NCBI GenBank assembly: GCA_965371955.1
Contig: CBDVAL010000001.1
Coordinates: 1-53,084, forward strand
Length of the DNA: 53,084 bases
Reading direction: 5' to 3'
Source of the DNA: an uncultured bacterium
Lineage (GTDB): Bacteria > Acidobacteriota > Polarisedimenticolia > CBDVAL01
Part shown: positions 41,348 through 50,288 of the stretch, one piece after another
Numbering within the stretch: the stretch's first letter is position 1
Layout: each line of letters opens with the position of its first letter
Notes under the pieces: generated by a model
What the model saw: the letters and a program-made list of their open reading frames with translations, nothing else
What the model was told of the DNA's origin: nothing
The model's database searches: none
Program-made: the position numbers and the translations under genes

Positions 41348-42970
41348 TCAGCGCGTGATGCGCGACAGCATGTTGCGGCGCAGGACCACCGAGGCGGCGA
41401 GGACCCCCGACATCGCGGCGCTGGTCACGCCCACCACCACCACATCCTGGCCCGTGAGCAGGAGGTTTCTTACCGGCGTGTGGGTGCGTAGCCATGGAAG
41501 CCGGAAACGCTCCGGCGTGTGCTCCAGGCCGTAGATCTCCCCGTACGGGTGGTTGCTGAAATGGCGGGTGGACAGCGGGGTGGATAGCTCCGAGTACTCG
41601 ATGTGATCGCGGGCTTGCGGCGCCACCTCCAGGAACTTGCGCAGCAGACGGTCCGACAGGCGCTGCTTGAACGCCTCGTAGTCCGGACCCCGTCGCTGCC
41701 AGCTGGTGTCGCGCCACGATGCGAACCACTCGTACGGGGCCACGCCGATGACCTGCACCGTGGCCTTCCCCGGCCGCGTCCGCTTCCAGTCCGGATCCTT
41801 GGCCGAGGGGAAGCTGATGTAGGCGAACGGCGGCTCGGCCTCCGGTTCCCGCGCGTAGCGCTCGATGAGGCCGTCGAAGTCGTAGCTGTCGTAGATCCAG
41901 TAGTTCCAGCGCGGCAGATCCAGTGCCGCGTCGGAGCGATCCAGGCCGAGATAGAGGCAGACGTGCGCGTAGGACGGTTTGACGCGCTGCAGGTCGTGCA
42001 GGATGCGGCGGCGCCACGGCCGCTCCTCCTGCACCAGCCGCTGGAACGTATTGCGCGCGCTGGCATTGCTGATCACCACAGGGGCGCGCAGCTCGTCGCC
42101 GTTGGCCATGCGCACCCCCACCGCCTTGCCCCGCTCCACCAGGACGCGGTCCACCTCGGCTGTTGTCGCGACCTGGCCGCCGTGTTCCTGGATGACAGAC
42201 AGCACCGCCTCGTGAATGCTCGATGCACCGCCGCACGGGTAGTTGCCGCCGTCCAGGTAGTGCCGGGCGAGGAGCACGTGCATGGCGAAGCTGCTGCGGC
42301 GTGGGGTCAGACCGTAGTCGCCGCACTGGGCGCACAGGACGCTGATCAGCCTGTCGTTGTCGGTGATGCGGCGCAGCATGTCGTAGGTGGTGACGTCCGA
42401 GTACTTGAGGAAGCCGCGACGCAGGAAGTAGCCGGCCCAGCAGCTCAGGAAGCGCGGCATGGCCCGCTCGCCGAAGTACATCTGCGTGCGCAGGCTGAAC
42501 GAGTCCAGCATCTCGAAGTAGCGCTCGATGGCGACGCGTTCGGCGGGGAAGTAGTCGATGAGCCGCTCGCGCTGCCGGTCGGCCCCGGCAAGGAACTCGT
42601 AGCGCTCGCCGGCGATGATCGCGATGTCGTAGATGTCGCCCAGGGACGCCCATCGCAGCTTGCCACCGGTGATGTAGTCGAAGACCTGGCGCCCCATGGA
42701 CTCCTCGCTGTGCACCTCCCCGACGTAGTGCACACCCACGTCCCAGACAAAGCCCTTCCTGTGAAAGGTGTGGGTGAAGCCACCGGTGACGTAGTGCCGC
42801 TCCAGGACCAGCACCTTCTTGCCGGCCTGCGCAAGCAGCGAAGCGGCGCTCAGGCCGCCCATGCCGCTGCCGATGACGAGGACGTCATAGCTCGCGCGCG
42901 CCAGCCCCGAGTGGTAACGAATGGCCTCGCCGGTCCGGGAAGCGTGCGTTTCTTCTACCAGATCGCTCAT
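41348..42970 (-). CDS. NAD(P)/FAD-dependent oxidoreductase, phytoene desaturase (CrtI) / RetSat-like family
   Basis: Dinucleotide fold YDVLVIGSGMGGLSAASLLAQAGKKVLVLERHYVTGG. C-terminal ...LLLTGQDVVVVGVTSA. I chose the Met at 42970 (GGAG upstream). Confidence 0.85.
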   Translation of the reverse strand: MSDLVEETHASRTGEAIRYHSGLARASYDVLVIGSGMGGLSAASLLAQAGKKVLVLERHYVTGGFTHTFHRKGFVWDVGVHYVGEVHSEESMGRQVFDYITGGKLRWASLGDIYDIAIIAGERYEFLAGADRQRERLIDYFPAERVAIERYFEMLDSFSLRTQMYFGERAMPRFLSCWAGYFLRRGFLKYSDVTTYDMLRRITDNDRLISVLCAQCGDYGLTPRRSSFAMHVLLARHYLDGGNYPCGGASSIHEAVLSVIQEHGGQVATTAEVDRVLVERGKAVGVRMANGDELRAPVVISNASARNTFQRLVQEERPWRRRILHDLQRVKPSYAHVCLYLGLDRSDAALDLPRWNYWIYDSYDFDGLIERYAREPEAEPPFAYISFPSAKDPDWKRTRPGKATVQVIGVAPYEWFASWRDTSWQRRGPDYEAFKQRLSDRLLRKFLEVAPQARDHIEYSELSTPLSTRHFSNHPYGEIYGLEHTPERFRLPWLRTHTPVRNLLLTGQDVVVVGVTSAAMSGVLAASVVLRRNMLSRITR

Positions 42971-43105
42971 GGTCTCCAGCGGAGCTTCTCCATGATTGGC
43001 GGACAGTATAGAGTGTAGCAGGAGCATACCGCACCGTCCGACGGTGTCGTGCCCGGGTGGGAAACCTCGAGAAGGGAGCGATTCTTGCAGGTCTGGATCC
43101 GGTCG

Positions 43106-44407
43106 ATGAGCGATTGGCTGTGGGGCTGGCCCATGCTGGTGCTGTTCCTGGGTACAGGCGTCTATCTGATCTTCCGCTTGCGCGTCGTCCAGGTCCGTTC
43201 GTTCCTGCCGGGCCTGCGAGCCTTGACACGCAAGAGCGATGCAGAGGAAGGAGAGATCTCACCGTTCGCGGCGCTGATGACCGCCGTGGGCGGGATCGTC
43301 GGCAACGGCAACATCGCCGGTGTCGCCACGGCCATCACCCTGGGCGGCCCCGGAGCGCTGTTCTGGATGTGGATCTCGGGCGTCGTGGGCATGGGAACCA
43401 TGTTCGCGGAGTCCACGCTCGGTGTGCGCTACCGCCGTCGTGATTCGCGCGGGCAATGGGTCGGCGGTCCGATGTACTACATCCGGGATCGCCTGGGCTG
43501 GCCGCGTGTGGCGGCGTTTTTCGCCGTCGGTCTGGCGCTCAAGACGATGCTGGCCACCACGTCGGTGCAGAGCAGCTCCATCGCCTCCGTGGTCTCCGCG
43601 CAGCTGGGATGGCGGCCGTGGCTCGTCTGCCTGACCCTCGCCCTGGTCACCGGGGTCGCGATCCTGGGGGGCGTGCGACAGATTGCACGCATCTCGCAGG
43701 TGCTGGCGCCGTTGATGGGACTGCTCTACCTGAGCGGCGCAGCCATTGCCCTGGTGATCTTCCGCCACCAGCTCCCCGGCGCCGTCTCCCTGGTGGTCTC
43801 ACATGCATTCTCCCCCATCGCCGCCACCGGCGGCTTCGTCGGCGCCGGCGTGAGCCAGGCGTTCCGCTTCGGGCTGGCCCGGGGTGTCTACTCCAACGAG
43901 GCGGGCACGGGCTCGGTGCCCATCGCCCACGCGTCGGCGCGCACCAACGATCCGGTGCGGCAGGGCAACGTGGCCATGCTGGGTGTGTTCCTGGACACTC
44001 TGGTGGTGTGCAGCGCCACCGGGCTGGTGCTGGTGGCCAGCGGGGTCTGGAGTTCCGGCCAGGATTCGGCGGCGCTGACGGCGGCGGCGTTCTCGGCCGG
44101 GCTGGGTGCCACAGGTGGCTGGGTGGTGATGGGCGCCTCGTTGCTGTTCGGCCTGTCCAGCTTGATCTCGTGGGCGTTCTACGGCGAGCAGGCGGCGGCC
44201 TACCTGTTCGGCGCCGGGGCGCGTGCGCCCTATCGCGCCCTCTACTGCGTCGCCATCATGGGCGGTTCCCTGGCCACGGTGCGAACCATCTGGGCCTGGG
44301 CGGATCTGCTCAACGGGCTCATGGCCATCCCCAACCTGCTGGCCCTGCTGTTCCTCGCGGGCGAGCTGGCCCGGGGCCGCAGCGCTGCCTCCCGCGCCAC
44401 CTCCTGA
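43106..44407 (+). CDS. Alanine/glycine:cation symporter (AGCS) family transporter
   Basis: ...ISPFAALMTAVGGIVGNGNIAGVATAITLGGPGALFWMWISGVVGMGTMFAES...GGPMYYI is the AGCS signature. I chose the internal Met at 43106. Confidence 0.9.
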   Translation: MSDWLWGWPMLVLFLGTGVYLIFRLRVVQVRSFLPGLRALTRKSDAEEGEISPFAALMTAVGGIVGNGNIAGVATAITLGGPGALFWMWISGVVGMGTMFAESTLGVRYRRRDSRGQWVGGPMYYIRDRLGWPRVAAFFAVGLALKTMLATTSVQSSSIASVVSAQLGWRPWLVCLTLALVTGVAILGGVRQIARISQVLAPLMGLLYLSGAAIALVIFRHQLPGAVSLVVSHAFSPIAATGGFVGAGVSQAFRFGLARGVYSNEAGTGSVPIAHASARTNDPVRQGNVAMLGVFLDTLVVCSATGLVLVASGVWSSGQDSAALTAAAFSAGLGATGGWVVMGASLLFGLSSLISWAFYGEQAAAYLFGAGARAPYRALYCVAIMGGSLATVRTIWAWADLLNGLMAIPNLLALLFLAGELARGRSAASRATS

Positions 44408-44465
44408 CCCAACGAGGTGTGTGGTACCATCGAGGCACCTGCTCGTCCACGAACCAGGAGAACGT

Positions 44466-45725
44466 ATGAAACCGTTGATCCTGCCCCTGCTGGCGCTACT
44501 GCTATCCCTCCCGGCTGCCGGCGCCGGCGCCCCATGGAAGGTGCAGGAGATCCCCTCTCCGGCCGGATCGTCCAGCGGTGAGCCGTTTCTCACCATGCGA
44601 GGACGGACCGTCTATTTGAGCTGGCTGGAGAAGGGGCAGTCCGGCGAACACAGCCTGCGCATGGCGGCGTGGGACGGCGCGGAGTGGAGCAAGCCCTCCA
44701 CCATCGTCACCAGCGACTCGCTGTTCGTCAACTGGGCGGACTTCCCCTCTCTCATCGCGCTGCAGGACGGCTCGCTGGCGGCCCACTGGCTGGCCAAGGC
44801 GGGCGAGGGCACCTACGCCTACCACGCCTGGATGGCCCTCTCCGCTGACGGCGGCACGAGCTGGACGGCGGCACGGCGGCTGCACAGCGACGTCTCGGAG
44901 ACCGAGCACGGATTCGTGACGCTGCTGCAGGGCGACGACGGGCTGGCTGCGGCCTGGCTGGACGGCAGGAACTATGCCGCTGCCGAGGCCGGCGGCCACG
45001 GCGGGTCGGAGGAGATGATGCTGCTGTTCGGCTCCAGCACCGACGGCACGTTCGGCGGTGAGACCGTGCTGGATTCCCGGGTGTGCGATTGCTGTCAGAC
45101 GGCCGGTGCCCCCATTCCGGGCGGCTTCTTCATCGCCTACCGGGACCGCAGCGAGGACGAGGTGCGTGACATCTCGTACGTGCGCCAGGTGAACGGGCGG
45201 TGGAGCGAGCCGCGCACGTTGCATGCCGACGGCTGGAGGATCGCCGCGTGTCCGGTGAACGGTCCCGCGGTGGCCGCGAACGGCAACCACGTGGCGGTGG
45301 CATGGTTCACTTCCCCCCGTCCGCTGGGCAAGGACGGCAGCAAGGGCGAGGCGAACCGCCGGGTGCAGGTGATCTTCTCCTCCGATGCCGGCAAACACTT
45401 CGGCGCTCCGGTGCGGCTGGACCGGGATCATCCGCTGGGCCGGGTGGATGTACGCTGGCTGGACGAGGAATCCGTGTTGGTGGTCTGGCTGGAGAAGACC
45501 GGTAGCGGCCAGGCGGAGATCCGCGCGCGCCGCGTCCACGCCGACGGCCGGCCGGAGGAGACCTGGACGCTGACCCGGACCCGGACCGCCCGCGGCAGCG
45601 GCTTTCCGCGGCTGGTGGTCACCGGCCACGGTGTCGTGGCGGCATGGACGGAGGCCGGAGAGCCATCGCAGGTGCGGCTGGCGTTGCTGTCCCTGCCCCC
45701 CGGGCGGAACAAGGGGCGGCCATGA
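44466..45725 (+). CDS. Secreted BNR/sialidase-like beta-propeller protein
   Basis: Signal peptide MKPLILPLLALLLSLPAAGAGA. BNR motifs SADGGTSW and SSDAGKHF. Cys motifs VCDCCQT and ACPVNGP. Confidence 0.7.
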   Translation: MKPLILPLLALLLSLPAAGAGAPWKVQEIPSPAGSSSGEPFLTMRGRTVYLSWLEKGQSGEHSLRMAAWDGAEWSKPSTIVTSDSLFVNWADFPSLIALQDGSLAAHWLAKAGEGTYAYHAWMALSADGGTSWTAARRLHSDVSETEHGFVTLLQGDDGLAAAWLDGRNYAAAEAGGHGGSEEMMLLFGSSTDGTFGGETVLDSRVCDCCQTAGAPIPGGFFIAYRDRSEDEVRDISYVRQVNGRWSEPRTLHADGWRIAACPVNGPAVAANGNHVAVAWFTSPRPLGKDGSKGEANRRVQVIFSSDAGKHFGAPVRLDRDHPLGRVDVRWLDEESVLVVWLEKTGSGQAEIRARRVHADGRPEETWTLTRTRTARGSGFPRLVVTGHGVVAAWTEAGEPSQVRLALLSLPPGRNKGRP

Positions 45726-46252
45726 GCCATCGCGCGCCTGTCCCGGCGCTGATGCTGGTGCTCCTGCTGAGCGGCGCGACCGCCGGCGAGGGCAAGCCCG
45801 TCGAGCTGCAGGACCGGGCGGCACTGGACTTCCAGGCCCCGACGCTGGACGGTGGCGAGCTGCAGCTCTCTTCTCTGCAGGGCAAGGTGGTGCTGTTGAA
45901 CTTCTGGGGCATCTGGTGCATCCCGTGCCGCAAGGAGATCCCCAAGCTGCAGGCGATGTACGAGGAACTCCGCCACCGGGGGCTGGAGATCGTGGGAATC
46001 GATGTGGGCGATGAGGCCGAGGCAGCCAGGAAGTACGTGGCCCAGCAGTCCATGTCGTATCCGGTCTTGTTGAGCGAAGACATCGCCGAGGACTACGACG
46101 TGGAGGTGTTCCCCACCAACGTCATCATCGACCGCGCAGGCCGCATCCGTCATGTGGAGGAAGGCTACGAGGACGGCACGACAGCCGTGCTGCGCGACAT
46201 CATCGAGCGGCTGCTGGCGCAGGAGCCGCCGGGCACAGGGGACAGGCCATGA
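45722..46252 (+). CDS. TlpA-family thiol:disulfide oxidoreductase (secreted thioredoxin-fold protein)
   Basis: Signal peptide, then [21 protein letters not shown] (CxxC). The ATG overlaps the upstream stop (ATGA). Confidence 0.85.
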   Translation: MSHRAPVPALMLVLLLSGATAGEGKPVELQDRAALDFQAPTLDGGELQLSSLQGKVVLLNFWGIWCIPCRKEIPKLQAMYEELRHRGLEIVGIDVGDEAEAARKYVAQQSMSYPVLLSEDIAEDYDVEVFPTNVIIDRAGRIRHVEEGYEDGTTAVLRDIIERLLAQEPPGTGDRP

Positions 46253-46716
46253 GCACAGGGACCTTTGCGGCCGGATGCTTCTGGGGCGTGGAGGCCGCGT
46301 TCCGCCAGGTGGAGGGCGTGCGTTCCACCAGCGTGGGCTACACTGGGGGGGTAATGCAGAAGCCCAGCTACGAGCAGGTATGCGCGGGAAACACCGGGCA
46401 TGCCGAGGCGGTGGAGGTGGTCTTCGACCCGGAGCGCGTCTCCTATGATGATCTCTTGCAGGTCTTCTGGGAGAATCACGACCCCACCACCCTCAACAGG
46501 CAGGGCCCCGATAGGGGCAGCCAGTACCGCTCGGCCATCTTCTTCCACGACGCCGGCCAGCAGGCCGCAGCCACAGCCTCCCTGAAGGCGGCGCAGAACA
46601 ACCACGCACGCCCCATCGTCACCGAGATCACCCGGGCGGCAGAGTTCTACCCTGCCGAAGACTACCACCAGCAATACCTGGAAAAGCGCGGCCTGGCTCA
46701 ATGCCGCATCAAGTGA
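46249..46716 (+). CDS. msrA: Peptide-methionine (S)-S-oxide reductase
   Basis: [13 protein letters not shown]...GYTGG....[19 protein letters not shown]...Y..LL..FW..HDPT..NRQG.D.G.QYRS.IF. ATGA overlap with the tlpA-like gene. Confidence 0.95.
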   Translation: MSTGTFAAGCFWGVEAAFRQVEGVRSTSVGYTGGVMQKPSYEQVCAGNTGHAEAVEVVFDPERVSYDDLLQVFWENHDPTTLNRQGPDRGSQYRSAIFFHDAGQQAAATASLKAAQNNHARPIVTEITRAAEFYPAEDYHQQYLEKRGLAQCRIK

Positions 46717-46732
46717 ACCGTGGGCCTTTCTC

Positions 46733-47230
46733 TTGACATGGATCATTGATGGGATGACCAGTGCGGACTGGGAGGCGGTTCGATCCATCTATCAGGAAGG
46801 GATCGAGACGCGACTGGCCACGTTCGAGACCGAGGCGCCGGCGTGGGAGGACTGGGACCGGAGCCACCGCGCGGACTGCCGGCTGGTGGCGAGAGACGAC
46901 GGGGCGGTGCTGGGCTGGGCGGCGCTGTCGCCGGTGTCGGAGCGCTGCATCTACGGCGGTGTGGCGGAGGTGAGCGTGTACGTCGCCGCAGCAGCACGCG
47001 GCAAGGGCCTGGGGAAGGCTCTGCTGAACGAGCTGGCCGGACGCTCAGAGGCGGCGGGGATCTGGACGCTGCAGGCAGGGCTGCTCCTCGAGAATCAGGC
47101 CAGCGTGGCGCTGCACCGGTCGTGCGGCTTCCGCGAAGTGGGGATCCGCCGGCGCCTGGGGAAATTCGGCGGGCAGTGGCGCGACGTGTTGCTGATGGAG
47201 CGCCGTAGCCGGGTAGTGGGCGCTGATTGA
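46733..47230 (+). CDS. GNAT family N-acetyltransferase (phosphinothricin acetyltransferase-like)
   Basis: IYQEGIETRLATFETEAP.WE.W...GWAALSPVSERCIYGGVAEVSVYV...RGKGLGKALL...LLENQASVALHRSCGF. The TTG 46733 start is tentative; the alternative is ATG 46754. Confidence 0.78.
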   Translation: MTWIIDGMTSADWEAVRSIYQEGIETRLATFETEAPAWEDWDRSHRADCRLVARDDGAVLGWAALSPVSERCIYGGVAEVSVYVAAAARGKGLGKALLNELAGRSEAAGIWTLQAGLLLENQASVALHRSCGFREVGIRRRLGKFGGQWRDVLLMERRSRVVGAD

Positions 47231-47269
47231 CGCCGACCGGCTGGTGATGGACAATAACTTCGGTTTAGC

Positions 47270-47298
47270 TTGACCGTAGGAAACAACACAGAAAAAAT
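47270..47298 (+). promoter_or_regulatory. Candidate sigma70-type promoter for the STAS / M14 operon
   Basis: TTGACC (47270-47275), 17-nt spacer, AAAAAT (47293-47298), inside the 107-nt AT-richer gap before ATG 47338. Confidence 0.3.
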
Positions 47299-47337
47299 CT
47301 CGGGATCGGTGATGGACGCGCTCGCCGGGGAGACAGC

Positions 47338-47676
47338 ATGAAGATCCAGGTGCGCAAGAAGGGCAGCGTCAATATCCTCGAGATGGCCGGGAAGATGATC
47401 ATCGGCGAGGGAGACGTGTTGCTGCGCGACACTGTACTCGGCCTGCTGGACCAGGGCGAGCGGTTGTTCATCTTCGACATGCTGCTGGTGACCTGGCTGG
47501 ACAGCGGCAGCGTGGGTGAGGTGGTGGCATGCTACAAACGTGCCGTGGCGCTGGACGGCGACATCAAGCTGGTGCTGCAAGGTCGTGCCCACGACGTCTT
47601 CACCACGTTCAGCCTCAACAAGGTCTTCGAGATTGCGCCGGATCTAGAGACGGCGCTGGCCAGCTTCGCCACGTGA
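47338..47676 (+). CDS. STAS domain protein (anti-sigma-factor antagonist, SpoIIAA/RsbV-like)
   Basis: 112 aa. ...LEMAGKMIIGEG...LFIFDMLLVTWLDSGSVGEVV... The conserved DS(G/S) loop holds the phosphorylatable Ser. Confidence 0.78.
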   Translation: MKIQVRKKGSVNILEMAGKMIIGEGDVLLRDTVLGLLDQGERLFIFDMLLVTWLDSGSVGEVVACYKRAVALDGDIKLVLQGRAHDVFTTFSLNKVFEIAPDLETALASFAT

Positions 47677-50288
47677 CCCCGCCTTCCGGGAAGTGGGGCC
47701 GCTGGCTGGCAAGTGTCGTCCTGGTCGCCCCCCTGTGCTCCATGGCCATCGCCGCTGCCGTCCCCATGCCGGAGGAATTCCTCGGCTTCCAGGTGGGGAC
47801 GGATCGTCGTCTGGCGGACTACGACCAGATCACCACCTACTTCCGCATCCTCGACGACGCGTCGGACCGGCTGGAGCTGGTGGACATCGGCGACAGCGTG
47901 CAGGGGCGTGACCTCTGGATGGCGGTGATCTCCGCGCCCGACAACCTGGCGAACGCCGCCCGCTACCGCGACATCGCTCGCAAGCTGGCCGACCCGCGTG
48001 GGCTGTCCGCCGGGGAGATCGAGCAGCTGGCGGCGGCGGGCAAGACCATCGTCCTGGTCACGTGCAACATCCACTCCACGGAGATCGCCTCCAGCCAGAT
48101 GGCCATGGAGCTGGCCTGGTACATGACCGTCACCGACGAGGAACCATGGACACGCGTCCTGGACGACGTGATCCTGCTGCTGGCTCCGTCCATCAACCCC
48201 GACGGCCAGCAGATGGTGGTGGACTGGTACCGCAAGCACCTCGGAACCGAGTATGAAGGCGGCCGCATGCCGTGGCTCTACCACCACTACGCCGGCCACG
48301 ACAACAACCGCGACTGGTTCATGCTCAACCTGCCGGAGACCCGGGCGGTGAACCGCGTGCTCTACCACGACTGGTTCCCGCAGGTGTACCTGGACATCCA
48401 CCAGATGGGCAGCACCGGGCCGCGCATGTTCGTGCCGCCGTTCCAGGACCCCATCGGCATCAACATCCACCCGCTCATCTGGCGCCTCACCGATCTCTTC
48501 GGCACCGAGATGGCGGTGCGCCTGCAGGAGGACGGCCGTCCAGGCGTCATCGATGGCTTCGCCTACGACGGCTACTGGCCCGGCGGCACCATGAACACGG
48601 CGTGGTGGAAGAACGTCGTGGGTCTGCTCACCGAGTCCGCCAGCGTGCACATGGCCACGCCCCTCCGCATCGAGAAGAACGAGCTGCACGGCGGCCGCAA
48701 GGGGCTGCCGGACTACCGCAAGCAGGTGAACTTCCCCGACCCCTGGCCCGGCGGCAGGTGGAATCTGCGCGACATCGTGGAGTATCAGATCATCAGCACC
48801 GGCTCGCTGCTGGAGACCGCCGCGCGCTACCGCGAGGACCTGCTGCGCGACATGGCGCGCATGGCCCAGGACGCCGTGCAGGCAGGACGCAGCAAGGCGC
48901 CGTACGCCTACCTGGTCCCGCCGGGGCAACGAGACCAGGTAACAGCGGCGCGAATGATCGACATCCTGCTGGAGAACGGCGTCGAGGTGCACCGCGCCAC
49001 CGCTGCATTCCAGGTGGACGCGCGCTCCTACGCCAGCGGAACACTGGTGGTGCGCATGGACCAGCCGTACCGCGCCTTCATCAAGGAGATGCTGGAGGTG
49101 CAGCGCTTTCCGGAGATCCGTCCCGCCGTCGGCGAGGATATCCTGCCGCCGTACGACGTCACCGGCTGGACGCTGCCGCTGCTCATGGGCGTGCAGGGAC
49201 AGTGGGCGGAGACGCCGGTGGAGGTAGCGCTGGTGCGGGTGGAACAGCCGCCCTACCCGGCGGGCGTCGTGGAAGGAAAGGGCAAGACCTTTCTGCTGCG
49301 CCGCGACACCAACGCCGCGGCGCATGCGGTGAACCTCCTGCTGGAGCAGGGTGCGCGGGTGCGAGCGACCACCGAGGGCTTCGACGCCGGCGGCGAACGC
49401 TGGCCGGCCGGGACCTACGTGGTCCGCAAGGCCGGCAAGGACCTGGAGGCCCTTGCCGGGCGGACCCGCGTGACGTTTCACGCCACCGACAAGGTTCCTG
49501 AGGTCGCAACGCGCGTGCTCAGCCCCCCGCGGGTCGGCCTCTACAAACCCTGGACGTCGTCCATGGACGAGGGCTGGACCCGCTTGGTGCTGGAGCGCTT
49601 CGGCTTCGCCTTCCAGTCCCTGGACAACGCCGCCATGCGCAAGGGCGACCTGGGCGCGTCGTTCGACGCCATCATCCTTCCGGATCAGTCGAAGAGCCTG
49701 CTGCTGGAGGGGGTGCGCGAACCGCGCGAAGGACAGCCGCCGCGGTATGTGCCTCCCGTGCCGCCGGAGTACCAGGGCGGCCTGGGCGAGGAGGGCGCCG
49801 ACGCCCTGCAGGAGTTCGTCGAGCAAGGCGGCACGCTCATCACCCTCGACTCCGCCGGCGAGCTTCCCCTGGATCGCATGAAGCTGCCGGTGCGTGATGT
49901 CCTGGCGAAGCTGCCGTCCAGCAGCTTCCTGTGCCCGGGCTCGCTGCTGCGCATCCTGGTGGATCCGTCGCACCCGCTGGGCTACGGCCTGCCTCCCGAA
50001 GTGGCCGGCTACTTCTCCCGCGGCCCCGCGTACGCCACCAGCATCCCGGGCGCAGAGCGCACCCGGCAGGTGGTGGCCCGCTACCCCGCCGAGGGGCCGG
50101 TGCTGCTCAGCGGCTGGATCCGCGGCGAGGAACATCTACGCCGTCGTGCCGCCGTGGTGGAGGTGGGCGTCGGCAAGGGGCGCGTGGTCCTGCTGGGCTT
50201 CCGCGTGCAGCACCGCGCCCAGCCTGACGGCACCTTCCGCTTCCTGTTCAACGCCCTGGAGCGCGCAGGCTGGAAGGAGGGGTCATGA
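47673..50288 (+). CDS. Secreted M14-family zinc metallopeptidase-like protein (about 871 aa), paralog 1
   Basis: HxxE zinc site (NIHSTEIASSQ), NPDG, HHYAGHDNNRDWFMLN, third ligand DIHQMG. GTG 47673 overlaps the STAS stop (GTGA) and gives a signal peptide. Confidence 0.83.
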   Translation: MTPPSGKWGRWLASVVLVAPLCSMAIAAAVPMPEEFLGFQVGTDRRLADYDQITTYFRILDDASDRLELVDIGDSVQGRDLWMAVISAPDNLANAARYRDIARKLADPRGLSAGEIEQLAAAGKTIVLVTCNIHSTEIASSQMAMELAWYMTVTDEEPWTRVLDDVILLLAPSINPDGQQMVVDWYRKHLGTEYEGGRMPWLYHHYAGHDNNRDWFMLNLPETRAVNRVLYHDWFPQVYLDIHQMGSTGPRMFVPPFQDPIGINIHPLIWRLTDLFGTEMAVRLQEDGRPGVIDGFAYDGYWPGGTMNTAWWKNVVGLLTESASVHMATPLRIEKNELHGGRKGLPDYRKQVNFPDPWPGGRWNLRDIVEYQIISTGSLLETAARYREDLLRDMARMAQDAVQAGRSKAPYAYLVPPGQRDQVTAARMIDILLENGVEVHRATAAFQVDARSYASGTLVVRMDQPYRAFIKEMLEVQRFPEIRPAVGEDILPPYDVTGWTLPLLMGVQGQWAETPVEVALVRVEQPPYPAGVVEGKGKTFLLRRDTNAAAHAVNLLLEQGARVRATTEGFDAGGERWPAGTYVVRKAGKDLEALAGRTRVTFHATDKVPEVATRVLSPPRVGLYKPWTSSMDEGWTRLVLERFGFAFQSLDNAAMRKGDLGASFDAIILPDQSKSLLLEGVREPREGQPPRYVPPVPPEYQGGLGEEGADALQEFVEQGGTLITLDSAGELPLDRMKLPVRDVLAKLPSSSFLCPGSLLRILVDPSHPLGYGLPPEVAGYFSRGPAYATSIPGAERTRQVVARYPAEGPVLLSGWIRGEEHLRRRAAVVEVGVGKGRVVLLGFRVQHRAQPDGTFRFLFNALERAGWKEGS

